Source: Marsupella aquatica
Lineage: Eukaryota > Plantae > Marchantiophyta
Length of the DNA stretch: 64,000 nt
Assembly (NCBI GenBank): GCA_973895155.1
Contig: OZ316893.1
Span: 11,165,660 to 11,229,659 of the forward strand
Direction: 5' to 3'
Shown piece after piece: positions 39,643 through 52,485 of the stretch. The translations under genes were made by a program, and so were the position numbers. Positions within the stretch are counted from its first letter, which is position 1, and each line of letters starts with the position of its first letter. The notes below the pieces were generated by a model. The model saw only the letters and a list, made by a program, of their open reading frames with translations. It searched no databases and had not been told where the DNA came from.

Positions 39643-42600
39643 CTAATCCAAAGGGACCGCTTCCCCTTCCTCGGTTCCGGAAGTCCCTGTCGTCAATTCT
39701 GGAACAATTGTGGCATCGTCAACCACGCTATCCTCTCCGGCCTGAGGAATGTCTTCCTCACTCTCCTCATCCATCTCCCCCTGTCCGTCTTCCTCTTCAA
39801 TGTTATCTGCAAGGTTAAGAATCCTCCCTTTCAACACACTGCTCTGTCGCTCGTCAATCTCAATGGCAACGCAATGTCTCCCCATGGCCAAGGAGGAGGT
39901 TGTCCCAGTCCCTGATCCTGAACAAATATCCAAAACCCAGTCTCCAACCTGACTAAAATGACTCACTTCCCAATCTAACAATGCACGTGGTTTCTGATAA
40001 ACATTCACTGCCTTGTTATCCCCGTTGTGTTTCAGCTTCTTAGTCACAGCTGCGCATACAACCACATTGTTCCTTGATTCATTTGTGTCAAAATTGAAGT
40101 GCTCCAATGACCGTTTACCATCCTGGCTGTGAAAGCCAATTGTAAAGCACTCAAAGTTGCTGTTCAATCTTGGTCCACCAGCATTCTTCACATTATCCTT
40201 AACCCTGAAAAGTCACAAAAAGTCAAGGAGTTATTTAAACTGAGAAACATGGTTCATGAAATCATGAATAACTAATAGTTGTTTTTTTCAAAAACAAATA
40301 TTTCTTACCACACACAATTCTGGAACCCTCCATTACACTCCGCTTTCAAAACGGTCTTGATGGCCTCATATTGGTCAAGGCTATGGTGAATGATAATACG
40401 CCACAACTTTGCAGTAGTAGCCACCTTGAACGATTGGACCATTTTTGTGATCTCCTCAGTTCCCCATCCAATAGTGTCTTCATGAAGACATCCAGGCAAT
40501 GCAAACCCGTAGGGAATATCCACTAAAGCTAATGTGTAAGCCCGACCCGGAACCACCTCATGTAATCGCTGAGCATCATGAGTAAAAATATCATAGTGCA
40601 CATCACCAAACTCTGGATGCTCAAACGAATTTGGATGAAGTTCCCCCTCTTGGGTTTGCCGACTAGAAGTCTTCATGGATAGCCAATTTTGGGCTTGCAC
40701 AATATGCGCATTGAATTTGTCCGGGAATGACTTGAGATCTTTGCCTTCCTCATCTCCCTTCTTTTTCCGGGAGGTGGTATCTTTCTACAAAAAGGAACTG
40801 TAGAATTAGAAACAAGGATTCCAAATATTAAATGAATTCAAACAATCATTCGAAGAAAGGTGACAGAATCTTACCCATGTCTGGAAAACAGGTACGAAAT
40901 TCTTAAGCACATTGTCTGTGCAATTCTCAGGGTACTTGGTTTTACAACCTGACCAACTCTCCTTGTGTAGACACGTGAGGAAGGCCTTCTGCACCTGCAT
41001 CTGAAATTTGTGTCGAGTAAATTCGTGACCCATTTCCTGTAAAGAGAGTTCTTTAGTAAGAACTCTCTGTAACACTGGGCAAATCATATCAGGATCTTTC
41101 AAGGCCTGCATGTGTCTCCACTCTGTTAATTTCATGTCCTCATAAGGCAATTTGGCATCTCCAGACTTAGAGACTTTCTTCTTGCCTTTGTCTCCTTTTT
41201 GACCTTTGATCTCACACATCTCCCACTTGTCACAAATCTGCCTCACAAATGACCACACAGGATCTTGTCGGAATGCCAACTGAAATAGGTTATCATTGGC
41301 ATTAAGAACCTCAGCATCCTTTCGTACACCCCAATCCTTGAGATTGATTTCAGTAGCACACTCTTTCTTGAAATCCTGGTTGGACGACAATCCATTCTCA
41401 ACAAATCTCATGTGAATATAATTTACTCTCTGGATTGTCGTCATCTGTTGTCGAAATTCAGAATCAATATTGTGACTCCACGCCAGGTTTCTTGCCTCTT
41501 GCACACTCAATCCCGCAAATATCCAAGATTGCACTCTCCGAAATGCCTTGTTGTTAGGGAACTGAAGAGCAAGGTCTGCTTTGGCACAGGCTGAATGGTT
41601 GCCCCCAATCACATAATAATGGTAATCAGCTTTCCTTGAAAAATCAAAGTCTTGCCTAGTAGCACACTCCTTCGGATCCACCAAGAGGACAAACGGAGCT
41701 GCAAGTGGACTGGCACCTACAGTCTTCATCCGCAAGGTCAATTGGGTCAAGAAATATGGTTGGATGTGTCGGACCTGGTAAATGGGCAAGCCCACAGCCT
41801 TCTCTCTCACTGGAGGGTAAAGTTGACCAATGTCAACGGTCACGGTCTCCTCTTGAACACCACATCTTCCCAGAATCTCCTCCTGGTACAATACCCGTGC
41901 ATCCATTGACATTGATTGAGCCTTTTGCTCCAAATGCGTTGGAATTTTCTCCAAAGTCTTCTTTTTTGACTTTGTAGCACTGGGCTCGGTAGGCTCAGGA
42001 GTCATAGCAGGTCGCTTCTTTGAAGAAATGTGAGTTCCAGTCGTACCTTGTGCCGACCCACCAGTCAAAGCCGTTCCCTGGGATGATTTGCCAACTTGAG
42101 ATCCCCCTCCAGATGCTGCTGCTTCCCGGGAGGTTGTAGGCGCTACCACGGTCAAAATATCATTGGGTAAAATGCTAGGCCTCGATCCAGAAGGAACACC
42201 GGAAGCCCCAGATTTGGGTGGACGACTTACTCCCTTCTCTGCCGACCTTTTCCGGAGAATCTCTCTTGATTTTCGGATTGCACTCTTTAAAGTGCTAGCG
42301 TGAAATTCAAACACAAAACCGGAAATCTTTCCCGCAACGTCGTGGTAACGTTCCTCACTCGAAAGAGACTTGACAGTCTCAATGATGCTATCGATGTCCT
42401 CATCGAGATAGCAGGTGGCAGCCGTTCCAGAAAACCTCTCCACATCCACGACAATCAAAGTTGATGTTTCCTTCGTTGTGATCAACATGTTCACAACTTC
42501 GTCGCCCCGTCAAAATACATCGATGCGGCCGTAATTTACCCACCCTAATGCCCCCGATGGAAGCCCCTCAAATACACACAGCATTAGGAAGGGCTTCTTC

Positions 42601-42704
42601 CATGTTTCCGTCCCTAAGGAAATCGTCCAGGATGAGTTGTGGAAGTCCGTCAAAGGATGGCGCGAAAAGATGTCATCCACCAGCTCTTCCTGCGACATTG
42701 TCAT
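39643..42704 (-). CDS. ParB/Srx-like domain fused to a beta-class N6-adenine/N4-cytosine DNA methyltransferase, 3 exons, one upstream in-frame stop
   Basis: Exons 42704-40875, 40784-40309 and 40204-39643 splice in frame (GT-AG), about 955 codons. There is a single TGA at 42512-42510, and a downstream ATG at 42488 leaves both domains intact. ParB-like part: QVRHI...APFVLLVD...YYVIGGNHSACAK. MTase part, with catalytic motif IV before SAM motif I (beta order): YTLALVDIPYG...CVWVK...YQKPRALL...GDWVLDICSGSGTG...MGRHCVAIEID. Confidence 0.88.
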
Positions 42705-45700
42705 GTTTTTGCCTGATCTTCAAACCTGAGAACATACCACAAAATCAGTCCACTTCAACCCCAACCTGCGAGACAAAGTGCCACAGAACCAAGGAATGTG
42801 CCAACAAATGGCTACTAAAACCGTGTCCTTACGGATCTAACAACGCTCTCGGCCACCCCAGGACTCCTATCATGAATTCATGAAGGGAGTCTCCCTCTCG
42901 CTCCGACCTTCATGAATTCATGAAGGGAGTCTCCTCTCTCTTTGCTTGTACACCTCGGTGATGCAGAAGGGTATTTAAAATAGGGTTCGGAGGGGGGTGA
43001 CATGAAGAAATCACCCAGGGCCTAAATTACTACCTAAAACAGGGTCGAAATGAAGTGCGACCGCGACAACTCGCGACACGTCGCCGATGAGTGCTGAAAA
43101 TGGCACGAAATTGGACAGCGAGATTGTTTTTCACTCTTTTACAAAGGAAATCCAAATGACATTGAGTGAAAATGAATGGGCTGCCCCGTGTTCCTTGGTT
43201 ATACATACTAATCACGGATCAGGCGCGACTTAGTAAAATTAACCCAGAATCATGATAAATCAATGTTTTTGGGCCAATTATTCATGAATATTTCGGGGTA
43301 TTAACGGGAAAAAGCTTGCAAATTTCATGAATATTTGATATTTTTGAAGTTAAAAAGTTCCAACAATCCGTGAAAAACTATAAATAGGCTCGTTTATTCA
43401 TGACTCTTGGTCATTATTTTGAGAAGATTTGTTAGATTTTACTGATTTTCTGAGTTTCTTGTCAATTTGCACTAGTTTTTCCAATGGCGGCGTGTTACGA
43501 ATCAGATGATTATTCAGATGGAGTTTCTGATGATGTTTCATTGCCGGATGGCCCCGGCACAGTGGTTGGCCCAGATATCCCTGGAATAACTACTGTTTTA
43601 GATATGCCACCCCCCACCCCTATGAGCAAGTTAAAACATAGTCCTTTACGACTTGCAATTAGTGGGAAGAAATCATTGGTCGGTGGTAAAGAGAGGTCAG
43701 GGAGCTCCTCTGACTCCTTGGAGAGTATTGGTCCCCCTGGACGTCAAGTTGTATCTCCTTTGTCACCAACAAAGGACAAATTGGGGAGTAATCTGGAAGG
43801 TTCAATGCCTATTTGGATGTCTGGGAAACGGTCTCATGAATTCATGAAGACTGGATTTGGAAAGACGAAGAAGGCACTAAGTGGGGAAAATGACAGAGAT
43901 TTTTGCAGTCTCCAAAGTGTTCAGCGGCTGAAGCAAATGCCAAAAAGTAAAACCTTTGGTAAGCCAACGTCGGAAACATTTCACAGGGGGATGAGGGAAG
44001 AAACTAGACGACCAGTGTTATTGAAAAGTATTCCAGAAAAGAATTCTAATGTGCGTTCCTCAGTTTTACCTAGGAGTCATGGTGTTGGGGCAAGGAGCGG
44101 ATCAAGTCACGGAAACTCAAACAGGGAAACCAACCTGGTGGAGAGGGACCCTAGGAAAATATTGAAAGGGTCCCTACACGGTAATGGAGGGATTTCTGAA
44201 ATACGCCCAGGTATTCCAAGGGTGCATAGAGTGAAGGAAAAGCCTCCATCTCCGAAGGCTGCAGGTCTGGAATCTAGGCATGTTCAGAAGCAAATGTTGG
44301 TGACCATTTCATCATCGAATGAAAGCGAGTCTTCGGAGAGTGGGGAGGATGATGATGTTCTGGTGGCATCTAGTCGTTACAAACGTACGAGCAACGCCAC
44401 TTTGTGTGAAACAAAGTTGAAAGAGGAGGATATCAAGAAAACAAATAGTAAGTACTGTTGTCAGAGTCATTGTCTCCTAAGTCTATCTCCAAAAGAAATT
44501 CGTGAGGCGCGTTCTAAATTTTTGAGGCAGAAATCTCAGGATCGATCTTTATCTTTGCAGTGGCTTATAAAGCGAGACGGAAATGAAGGAGGGAGGCAGA
44601 CTATATCTTACACGTTTGGTCAAAAGAGTATTTGTCGGAAAGCTTTCAAGCTTATATTTTGCGTTGGCAATCATAGATTAAATAGAATTTTGAAATTAGA
44701 CAACCAAGACTTAGGATATTCTAAACCAGTTGGACGCCCTCCATCTGTTAAAAGATTAGTCTTGGTCAGTTGGCTTAGGTCGTTTTTTGAGACACGCGTG
44801 GAAACATTGCCAAATAAAGAAGTTTCACATTTACCGGATAATTATTCAAAGCTGGAGGTATGGAAGATCTACGACTCCAACTATGCCAAGATTGATGAAT
44901 CTTCAAAAATATCCTATCGACAATTCTTGAAAGTTTGGGTTCAAGAATTTGGTCATGTGAAGATTCCTCCAGTCAATCGATTCAGTGCTTGCGCGGATTG
45001 CGAGGAGTTCAAATCAATTCGGGACAAAGCTGTCTCGGAGACCGAAAAGAGTAAGTTACTTACAAGTTTGACAAGTTTTTGTTTCAAGAATATGGCTTAA
45101 CACATGATTTCTAATTTTTTTTGAAGAAACTAACAAGTTGTTTTTCCAGGGCGAGGGGAAATTATGTTACAAAAACATAGAGACCAACAATCCAAAGAAC
45201 GTGAGAAACTCGCGAAGCATCGTAAGAAATGTTTTTCAAATTCTGATAAATATTTGGGAGTTGTCATTGATGGGATGGATCAGAAGAAGACAAGGTTGCC
45301 TCATTGGCCGCGGCCCCCAAAATCGGTGGACGAAACATGTTTGATCCAAATGCACGTTGTCGGATGCCTGGTTTTCAATGGTGCACTATTTTCAAGAGTG
45401 TTTCTTAATTATCCTGTATTGCATAATGATGGAAACTTGATAGTCACAATCCTGCAAAGGGTGTTTCACGAATGGGAAGAAAAGCCTGGTGGCTTGCCGC
45501 CTGTTCTCTATCTTCAACTTGATAATACCAGTAGAGAAAATAAAAATAATTTACTCTTTGCCTATCTTCATATGTTGATTCGAAGAAAGGTTTTTCGGAA
45601 AATCAAACTAGGATTCTTGTTGGTTGGACACACACATGACCAAATAGATCAAATGTTCAGTCGATTTTCTAAACGACTAGCAAGGTTTAAGGCATTCACA

Positions 45701-46985
45701 TACGAAAGCCTATGTGATATTATTTGTGAATCATATCAACCCCAACCAAATATCACTCTTTTAAAGGAAACATATGATTTCCGTCAATATGCCTTCTCAG
45801 ATCCACCTTTAGTCATTGAAAGGATTCGAAATGTTACCTTCCACCACCAGTACAAATTTGCATTTGACAAGTTGGAAAATCAAGTTCCAACCCAATGGGG
45901 GAAGAAGTTTTCCACGGACTCAACTTGGAAACCTGACGGAGGCGTGAAATTTTTGAGGGAAGAGGAGCCAGAAAAGGTGATGGGTTGTGCTCCCGGATTA
46001 CCCCTTTTCAAAAAGGGGGATAAGAACGTTACAAGGACTCAACCAAATATGTCTAGTTCTTCAAGAATGACTTTGAAGGAGATGGATGATTCGTTAAATG
46101 AGATTCAAAAGGGAATACTTGCAGTTGAAACTTTATTCTCAGAAGAGGAAGTGAACTGGTGGAGAATGTTTTTTGAAGAGCAACGGGAATTGAATAAATC
46201 TTTGCTCCTTGATCAAAGACCATTGATTTTCCCTTTTCAATGGCCACGCTCCCAAAGGGAGATTGCTGTTGCTGCTGAAGTTCCCAGAGTCCTTGTCAAT
46301 GAAGAGGAAATTGAAGAGAGAGTATACGGACCTACCAGAGATATATACGTGGGTCCTTATCGGAATCAAGGAAAGATAGATGTAGAGAAGGAGAATATGG
46401 AAGGAGACTTTTCGGATCTTGAAGTCAACACTTATATTTCTGTTGCTGGAGAAGAATCGGAAACATTTTGGGTGGCCAAGGTGGAAAGAATTGACCAGCG
46501 CGACGAGTTCAACATTCCAAAAATGATTTATGTTTTATGGCATGCTACAAAAACCGGGTCAGATCCTTGGAAAGCCAAGTACTTACCAGAAGTCTTAAAC
46601 TACGAAAAGAAGAAAAGTGGTCGTGGGAAAGGAACTTTGAAACCAATATGGTTTCACCAAGAGCTTGATTTATCTTCAACGACTGTTTTTGCTTACAACT
46701 TCATGTTGACAAAATCTGATACATTGTACAAAAAGACAGTAGATCGAATCAAAATCCGATTGACTGAATTTTTGGCAGAAGAGAAAGAGCAAGAACAAGA
46801 GAATGGATCAACTAGAACCCCGCTAGGAGATAAATCTAGGGATATTTCGTTTCAAGAATTGAGGACTTCTGGATCTGAGTAATGAAAAGTAGTTATTGTT
46901 TGTGACATTACCATTGAAAAACATGGATAACTTGAAAATTTACAAATTTTCAAAATGCCTTTACCACTTATTCATGAATTCATGG
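40254..46985. repeat. dispersed 14-bp palindrome TCATGAATTCATGA (inner element)
   Basis: Perfect at 42870, 42910 (within a ~40-bp tandem duplication in the divergent promoter) and 43834. One-mismatch copies at 40254 (MTase intron 2) and 46972 (downstream of the transposase). Half sites near 39375, 43250, 43282, 43325 and 43398. Confidence 0.8.
43484..46882 (+). CDS. Sola1/DUF7869-like DDD transposase, 2 exons, apparently intact (~1099 aa)
   Basis: Exons 43484-45050 and 45150-46882 join in frame (..EK-R-RGEIMLQKH..). Catalytic-type motifs VIDGMDQ, LQLDNTSRENKN and GFLLVGHTHDQIDQMFSRF. Cys clusters CCQSHC, ICRKAF and CADCEE, a disordered N-terminus and a beta-rich C-terminal module. Confidence 0.88.
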
Positions 46986-47741
46986 TTAAAGTTTCTTGAG
47001 AAATTTGTAGTTTAATATTATGTTAGTGGGTTGTGTTTCAATTCAATTAGATGGTGTCATTTCTATTCTCTTTGTCTTCTTTTCACAATAATGTGTATCA
47101 GGTTAAGTTATAGTAATTTATTTTCTGGTTTTTAAATGACAATGGCTTTTGGAGGTGATTTAGTTGTTGTTTCAAAAGACACCTCGTGTAATTGTGAGAC
47201 CATTCTAGATAATAGTGTTGTATTTGAGATCATTTATTGGTGGAATGTAACTTCAGATGAATTTGGTCATTTTTAGGTGTCAAAACATAGCTAGTTTATG
47301 TCATATTTTGTTCGCTCCATATTTTTGCTCTAAAATAGGTGCTAATTTTTGCACTTTTTTGGACTTTTTCGTTGTTTTTCTGATTTTTTGGCTAGAGTTC
47401 CTAAAGTATGGGCTTGTTACTCATCATTTAAGGCTTCTTGTTCTTGGATGGGATGATTGATTAGGCACATTATCACATGTACACTCGACCGTCAATTTAA
47501 AAAAGGCTCACATTTTGTTTGGACTACTTTTGCGATAATTTTATCGGTGTTGGTATAATTATATTGAAACTTGAATGACCCCGTCTTGAGTTGAGCAATA
47601 AAATTATCGTCATCTGCATTGCGGGTCTCTTGTCCTTGTGTGTTATGAGATGTTGTGTTACATTTCCACATGTGCTATGAGATTGGCAACGATAATTTTA
47701 TTGCTCTTTGCATTGGAATATGTTTATTTGCAGACTTTGCC

Positions 47742-50700
47742 ATGGCTGCTAGTGGAAAGAGTGGATCTGCCGAGGCTGAAACTCTCATGACAAGCCTCAC
47801 CAATGCAATTTGGATGTGTGAAGACATTTGTGAAGAGGTCAAGTGTATCAGGAAGCCATGGTACTTCCGTGACACCAGATTAGAGTCCACGGGTTTCCAA
47901 GATTGTAATACCCCAATCCTTTGGGTCCAGTTGCAAAAATCTGCAAAGGTTAATGTTTTGTATGGCCCTGTGATTGCTGTGGCCATCTGTGAGTTCATGG
48001 TTGGCCACGGGGAGGGAAAAGTGTTGACAAAGGGCCTTAGTTTCTTGACAATGTGTGGACGCAAGGGTTTCACATCTCTCATTGTTACTCTTGACAACTT
48101 TGATGAGAAATCTGTTGACAGTTATCCAGAAGATCTCCTTGTCGCAGAAGTCTGGACAGCAAGAGAGATGAATGTTATGGGTTTGGCTTGGGTGTGCCAA
48201 TATGTCCAAGATTGTGATGCTATCATGCTACCAAGGGTGAACTCAGAGTACAAGAGACTTGTGGGTGAAGAGTTCAAACCTGTCCGGAAAATTGTTTTCA
48301 AGAAACCTGGTTCAAGCGGGAGTGGTGGTTCTTATGTCAATAAAATGTCGGGCCGTAAAGAACCATTACAAACCTCTCCACCTATTGATGTGGACGAACC
48401 CGCAACTTCTGGTCGGGTTTCGGGAAGTGGAAGAGGGAAAGGGAGAGGTAGCAGGAGGGGAGATGCCGCGGGAACTTTTGACGGTGGGAAGAGGAGCCAG
48501 GAAACTGGCGGTAGTGGAAGGGGCCGGGGGCAATTGTCGAGGACGTGCATCAGAAGCACCGTCCGTTAATCCAAGCAAAAATAAAGGATCCGAGGGATCC
48601 GGGCCATCTGGTTCTAGACTTAGCACAAAGAGGAAGAGAACTGGCTGGAGTGAAACGGTCGCTCTAGAAGTAATTAGAGCTCCAACTAATACATTAATTT
48701 CTCCAGTTCCAGTCGCAGTTCCTATGATGCCACTGGTAAGTATTACATTGTTCAGTTTTGTTGATCAAATGTGGATTCCGATAAAAATCTCGCTGTTTCT
48801 TTCGGCCTCATTCACAATTGGAGGACCCAAAAGGAACGTCACACTCAAAAGTGATCATAGTTTATTATGCTTTAGGATATCATTTGTAGGGTGTAATGAG
48901 ATGATATAGAAAATTTGATGTACTATACTTAATAAACATCCTGTAGGTTCATAACATTCATTAAATTATCTAGCATTTGAGACTTTGAAGATTTCCTTAT
49001 ATGTCCTTCAAAGATTGATAAAAGGACTTGTCACGCAACGAGTCACATCATTTCAGGACTCAAAAGGACTCTAAAAATTGCATTTTAGACAATGAAATTT
49101 TATCAAAGCATGCATACTAATAGAATAATCTTATATTTCAAAACTCAAATACTGACACACACTAAACCTTTATGTATAGGACAAAAATAATCATTAATTT
49201 TGGCTTATTTAGGGCCAACAATAATAGGATCCCTTAAAACAGTTGAAAACTTGATTTATCTACATGGTGAGGTAGGTTACACCATGTAAAATCGTCTTGT
49301 GAAAAAATTAGAGTTAAATGTCTTTTTCACGTTACAAAAGTCATTATTCACTAAAAAAACATGTTTTTGAGTCCTGAAAATGGTTCCTGCGAGGTACACC
49401 CAATTGTGAATGAGGCCTTTCCTTAATTGAATTTGCAATGTTTTTTGTGGACAAATGCGGATTCTGATAAAATTCTCGCTGTTTCTTTCCTTAATTGAAT
49501 TCACAACATTTTTTGTAAGCTAATTAGGAGGAGGAGACAACTCTTTCAATGTATGAGACTGATGCCATCAAAGCAGAGCTCAGTCTATTGATGCAACAAA
49601 GGGTGCAAAGGACAACTAAAGTATCCTTCTGCATGTCAACAATCTGATATTTGATGAGGAGGGGGATATGTCAACTTTGATTAGACCAGTGGATAGATTG
49701 CATGTGGAGAATATCAAGATACTTCTCATGAAAAACCCCACGAACTTCAGTGCACCGTTCGTGCTGTGTGTGGATCCGGAGGATTGTCCGAAGATTGGGA
49801 CATCCTGAAGTCAAGGGTATGGAAGTATAGAATTATTGGAGGGAATCATGGTGCTCGGGCAAACTCCAACTTGTATAAAATGTATGGCAAGCACATTTAT
49901 GGTGAGCTGGAAGCTTGGGTTCACGCTGGGTTTACAAGATCCAAGGTCCAAAAGTTGGGCTTCCAGCATAATTATGACCAGGAGTACGTAATAGGAAGAA
50001 CATGACTCATATTGACCAAGTTCGTGCTTGTCACAATATTTATCTTGAAATGGGTGTGGGCTCGAATAAAGATGTTCGCAAAGCATGTTGTGAAGAATGC
50101 ATGATGGATTACACGCCAGGCGTTCGTGACTCCATGGCCAAACATGACCCAGCTTTCCAAATTGCTTTCCAAACAGGTGAAATCAGGGATCTTCAGGAGA
50201 AAATTTTCCAGATGTGGGAGAAGGGTATTGTCTTAGGACAACCCAAAAAAATTGTGGCAATGAAGAACGCAAAGGGAAAGGTAAAACCTTTGACAATAAG
50301 GGAGATTAAAATGAATAAACTTGCTAGGGACCTCAACTTAAATTCACTTTGAGGTCTACAAGGACTGTCAAATAAGGAGCATGTCAAGTGTCTCTTGAAT
50401 AGGGTTATCGGGAAGGTGATCACTTTGGATCAAATGCACAAGGAAGGTGAGAAGCTGAAAAAGCTTGCCAAGGTGAAGAAACTATTTTTCAGATATCTGG
50501 TCAGCCAGATTGGGCAACGTGCAGAGAAATGTTTCCCACTAAAACATATGTTTCGGTCCTTGGCATATGGGCTGAGAAATTGAGTGACGCGGTAAGCATT
50601 CCTCTGACCGCAAGATTTTTATCGGCTTTAGCATTCTATTTGTAGGTTTCTAAGCGATTGTATTTATCGGCGATAGGATTTCATTTGTAGATACGCATGA

Positions 50701-51913
50701 TGCTTATGGGCTATCGTGTTCCATCACAAGATTTTTATCGGGTTTTGGATTCATCTCACGTTATTCTAACTGGACATGTGTGTGACAATTGTACAGCTGA
50801 AGATTAGTTCAAAAAGGAAAAACAAAGTGGTTCCGGCTATCACTTATAATTCTGTGGGGGAGGTTATTGTTCTCTTGGCTGACATCCCATATGTGTTTAA
50901 GAATTTTGTGCTTGCTACAATCAATAGGCACAACCGGCTACAGTCCTTAGGCCAGGGCACAGCAGAAGCGTTGGAACAAACATGGAAAAATGCTGATGGG
51001 GATTCTTTCCCCTACTATCTCCATGTTGGGGATGTTTGAATTTTGTATTCTTTTGTTGAGCCAAGGGCTTACACCCTTGCGGTCGCGGATATTCCCTATG
51101 GTTTTCATGCTCTTGGTTCGGAGTGTGATGAAGTGTCCTTCGCAGAAAAGGACATTTTAGATATGGTGACAAGTTTTTCAAAGATGACAACCGCTAAGCA
51201 ACTGGTGCAGGTTTGTTGTGATCCATTCACTACAACAAACTCATATGGTGATGTCTGCACTTGAGAGTGTATGCAACTGTGGGGTCGAGGCTGGAATTTG
51301 GGAGAAGACTAACATTCATGAGCGTCCTGCTGGCGCTCGATTGGCGTGGGGTTTTGAGAACTGGTCGTTGGGTTTCTATAGCGAGGAAGGAATTTGGAAC
51401 ATGACACATGTACAATTTCCAACTGGATGAGTCTCGCGTCAATATCATCAAGGTTCCATGTGTAACCAAGAAGCCCGTTGATCCGTTGGGATGTGTTGTA
51501 AACCCGTACTGAAGCCTGTTGGTTTGGGGGCTTGGTTTGTTTCCCATTTCTCTGAGAAAGAGGATTGGGTTATAGATCTTTGTTGTGGAACCGGATCGAT
51601 GTTAGCTGCTACGCTCCTCAATTCTTGCCAGGGTTGATTTGTCGATAAGAGTTCTGCACAGATTGATTTTGTGAAATCTTGGATCATGACTCTGGAGTCA
51701 AACTGGAATTTATTTGCGGAATCCCAGATTGAAGGGCACGGTGTTGAAGGTCATGAGATTGAACCACCAATTGCAGGCCAGTTGGGTGTTCTCGGGACAT
51801 TGACTTACACAATTGAAGTCGTGAAGGTGACCAAAGAGGAACAAGAAGCAACTGAGGAAGAGCCTCCTAGAACACCAAATGAGGATGATCTCAACGACAT
51901 GTTATTAGATTAG
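47742..51913 (+). pseudogene. decayed paralog of the ParB-like/DNA-methyltransferase fusion (outer element)
   Basis: Frameshifted pieces colinear with the inner copy: LIRPVD...SAPFVLCVDP, YRIIGGNHGARA, QHNYDQEY..MTHIDQV, AYTLAVADIPYG, IWEK, KPVGLGAWFVSHFSEKEDWVIDLCCGTGS (~51512-51600), acidic tail. Probable first exon 47742-48735 and introns ~48736-49527 and ~50592-50797. Confidence 0.85.
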
Positions 51914-52074
51914 TTAGTCAAATGTGCTAGTTAGAATTTCTTGGCATCATAGTCATGCTGTTATCAATGAGGAATAGAGTTGTCGATAAATTTATCGGAT
52001 TGTGTATTCCATCAAGAAGAACCGTTGTAACCTTTGTTCATGCAATAAATTTATCGGACTTTGCATTCCATCAA

Positions 52075-52320
52075 GAAGCACTTTGCATTCCACGCTCTAG
52101 CTATTCCACTCCCTTCGCTCTAGCTATTCCACTCCCTTGTTTGTCACGGTGTTCTAGCTGTCAAATGGAGTTGTCAATAATCTTATCGGACTTTGCATTC
52201 CATGTTCTAGCTATTACACTCCCTTGTTTGTCACGGTGTTCTTGTTGTCACGGTGTTCTAGCTGGGGGAATGAAGTCATCGATAATCTTATCGGACTTTG
52301 CATTCCACGCTCTAGCTCCA
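52075..52320. repeat. tandem repeats between the convergent genes of the outer element
   Basis: gactttgcattcca, ctagctatt(c/a)cactccc, ttgtcacggtgttct and ataatcttatcgg each recur 2-4 times. Confidence 0.7.
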
Positions 52321-52485
52321 CAATAATTTCAAAAAAATTTATCATTATAGCTTTAAAGAACGACATAGTCCAAGATGTTCACGATTGCAACCATCCTCAT
52401 GGGAACGATAACTATTATAACTTAAACCTTTACACTAGCTTCTACTATCAACGACTACAATGTCCATCATTGCATTTTGAATGAT

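Larger units (their letters stand above)
39321..47443. mobile_element. 8.1-kb TIR DNA transposon encoding a Sola1/DUF7869-like transposase and a ParB-like/DNA-methyltransferase fusion (inner element)
   Basis: 33-bp imperfect TIRs: 39321 GAACAAGAAGCCTTAAGGGATGAGTCCAAAGCC vs the reverse complement of 47411-47443 GAACAAGAAGCCTTAAATGATGAGTAACAAGCC (28/33, first 16 exact). They enclose exactly the two divergent genes. The flanks ...ATCTT / TTGGA allow only a 2-bp TT duplication. Confidence 0.85.

Noticed and set aside
39643-42704. Bacterial contamination or a restriction-modification system as source of the MTase
   Set aside because: The gene has GT-AG introns, lies within eukaryotic transposon TIRs, has a decayed paralog nearby, and no endonuclease is evident.
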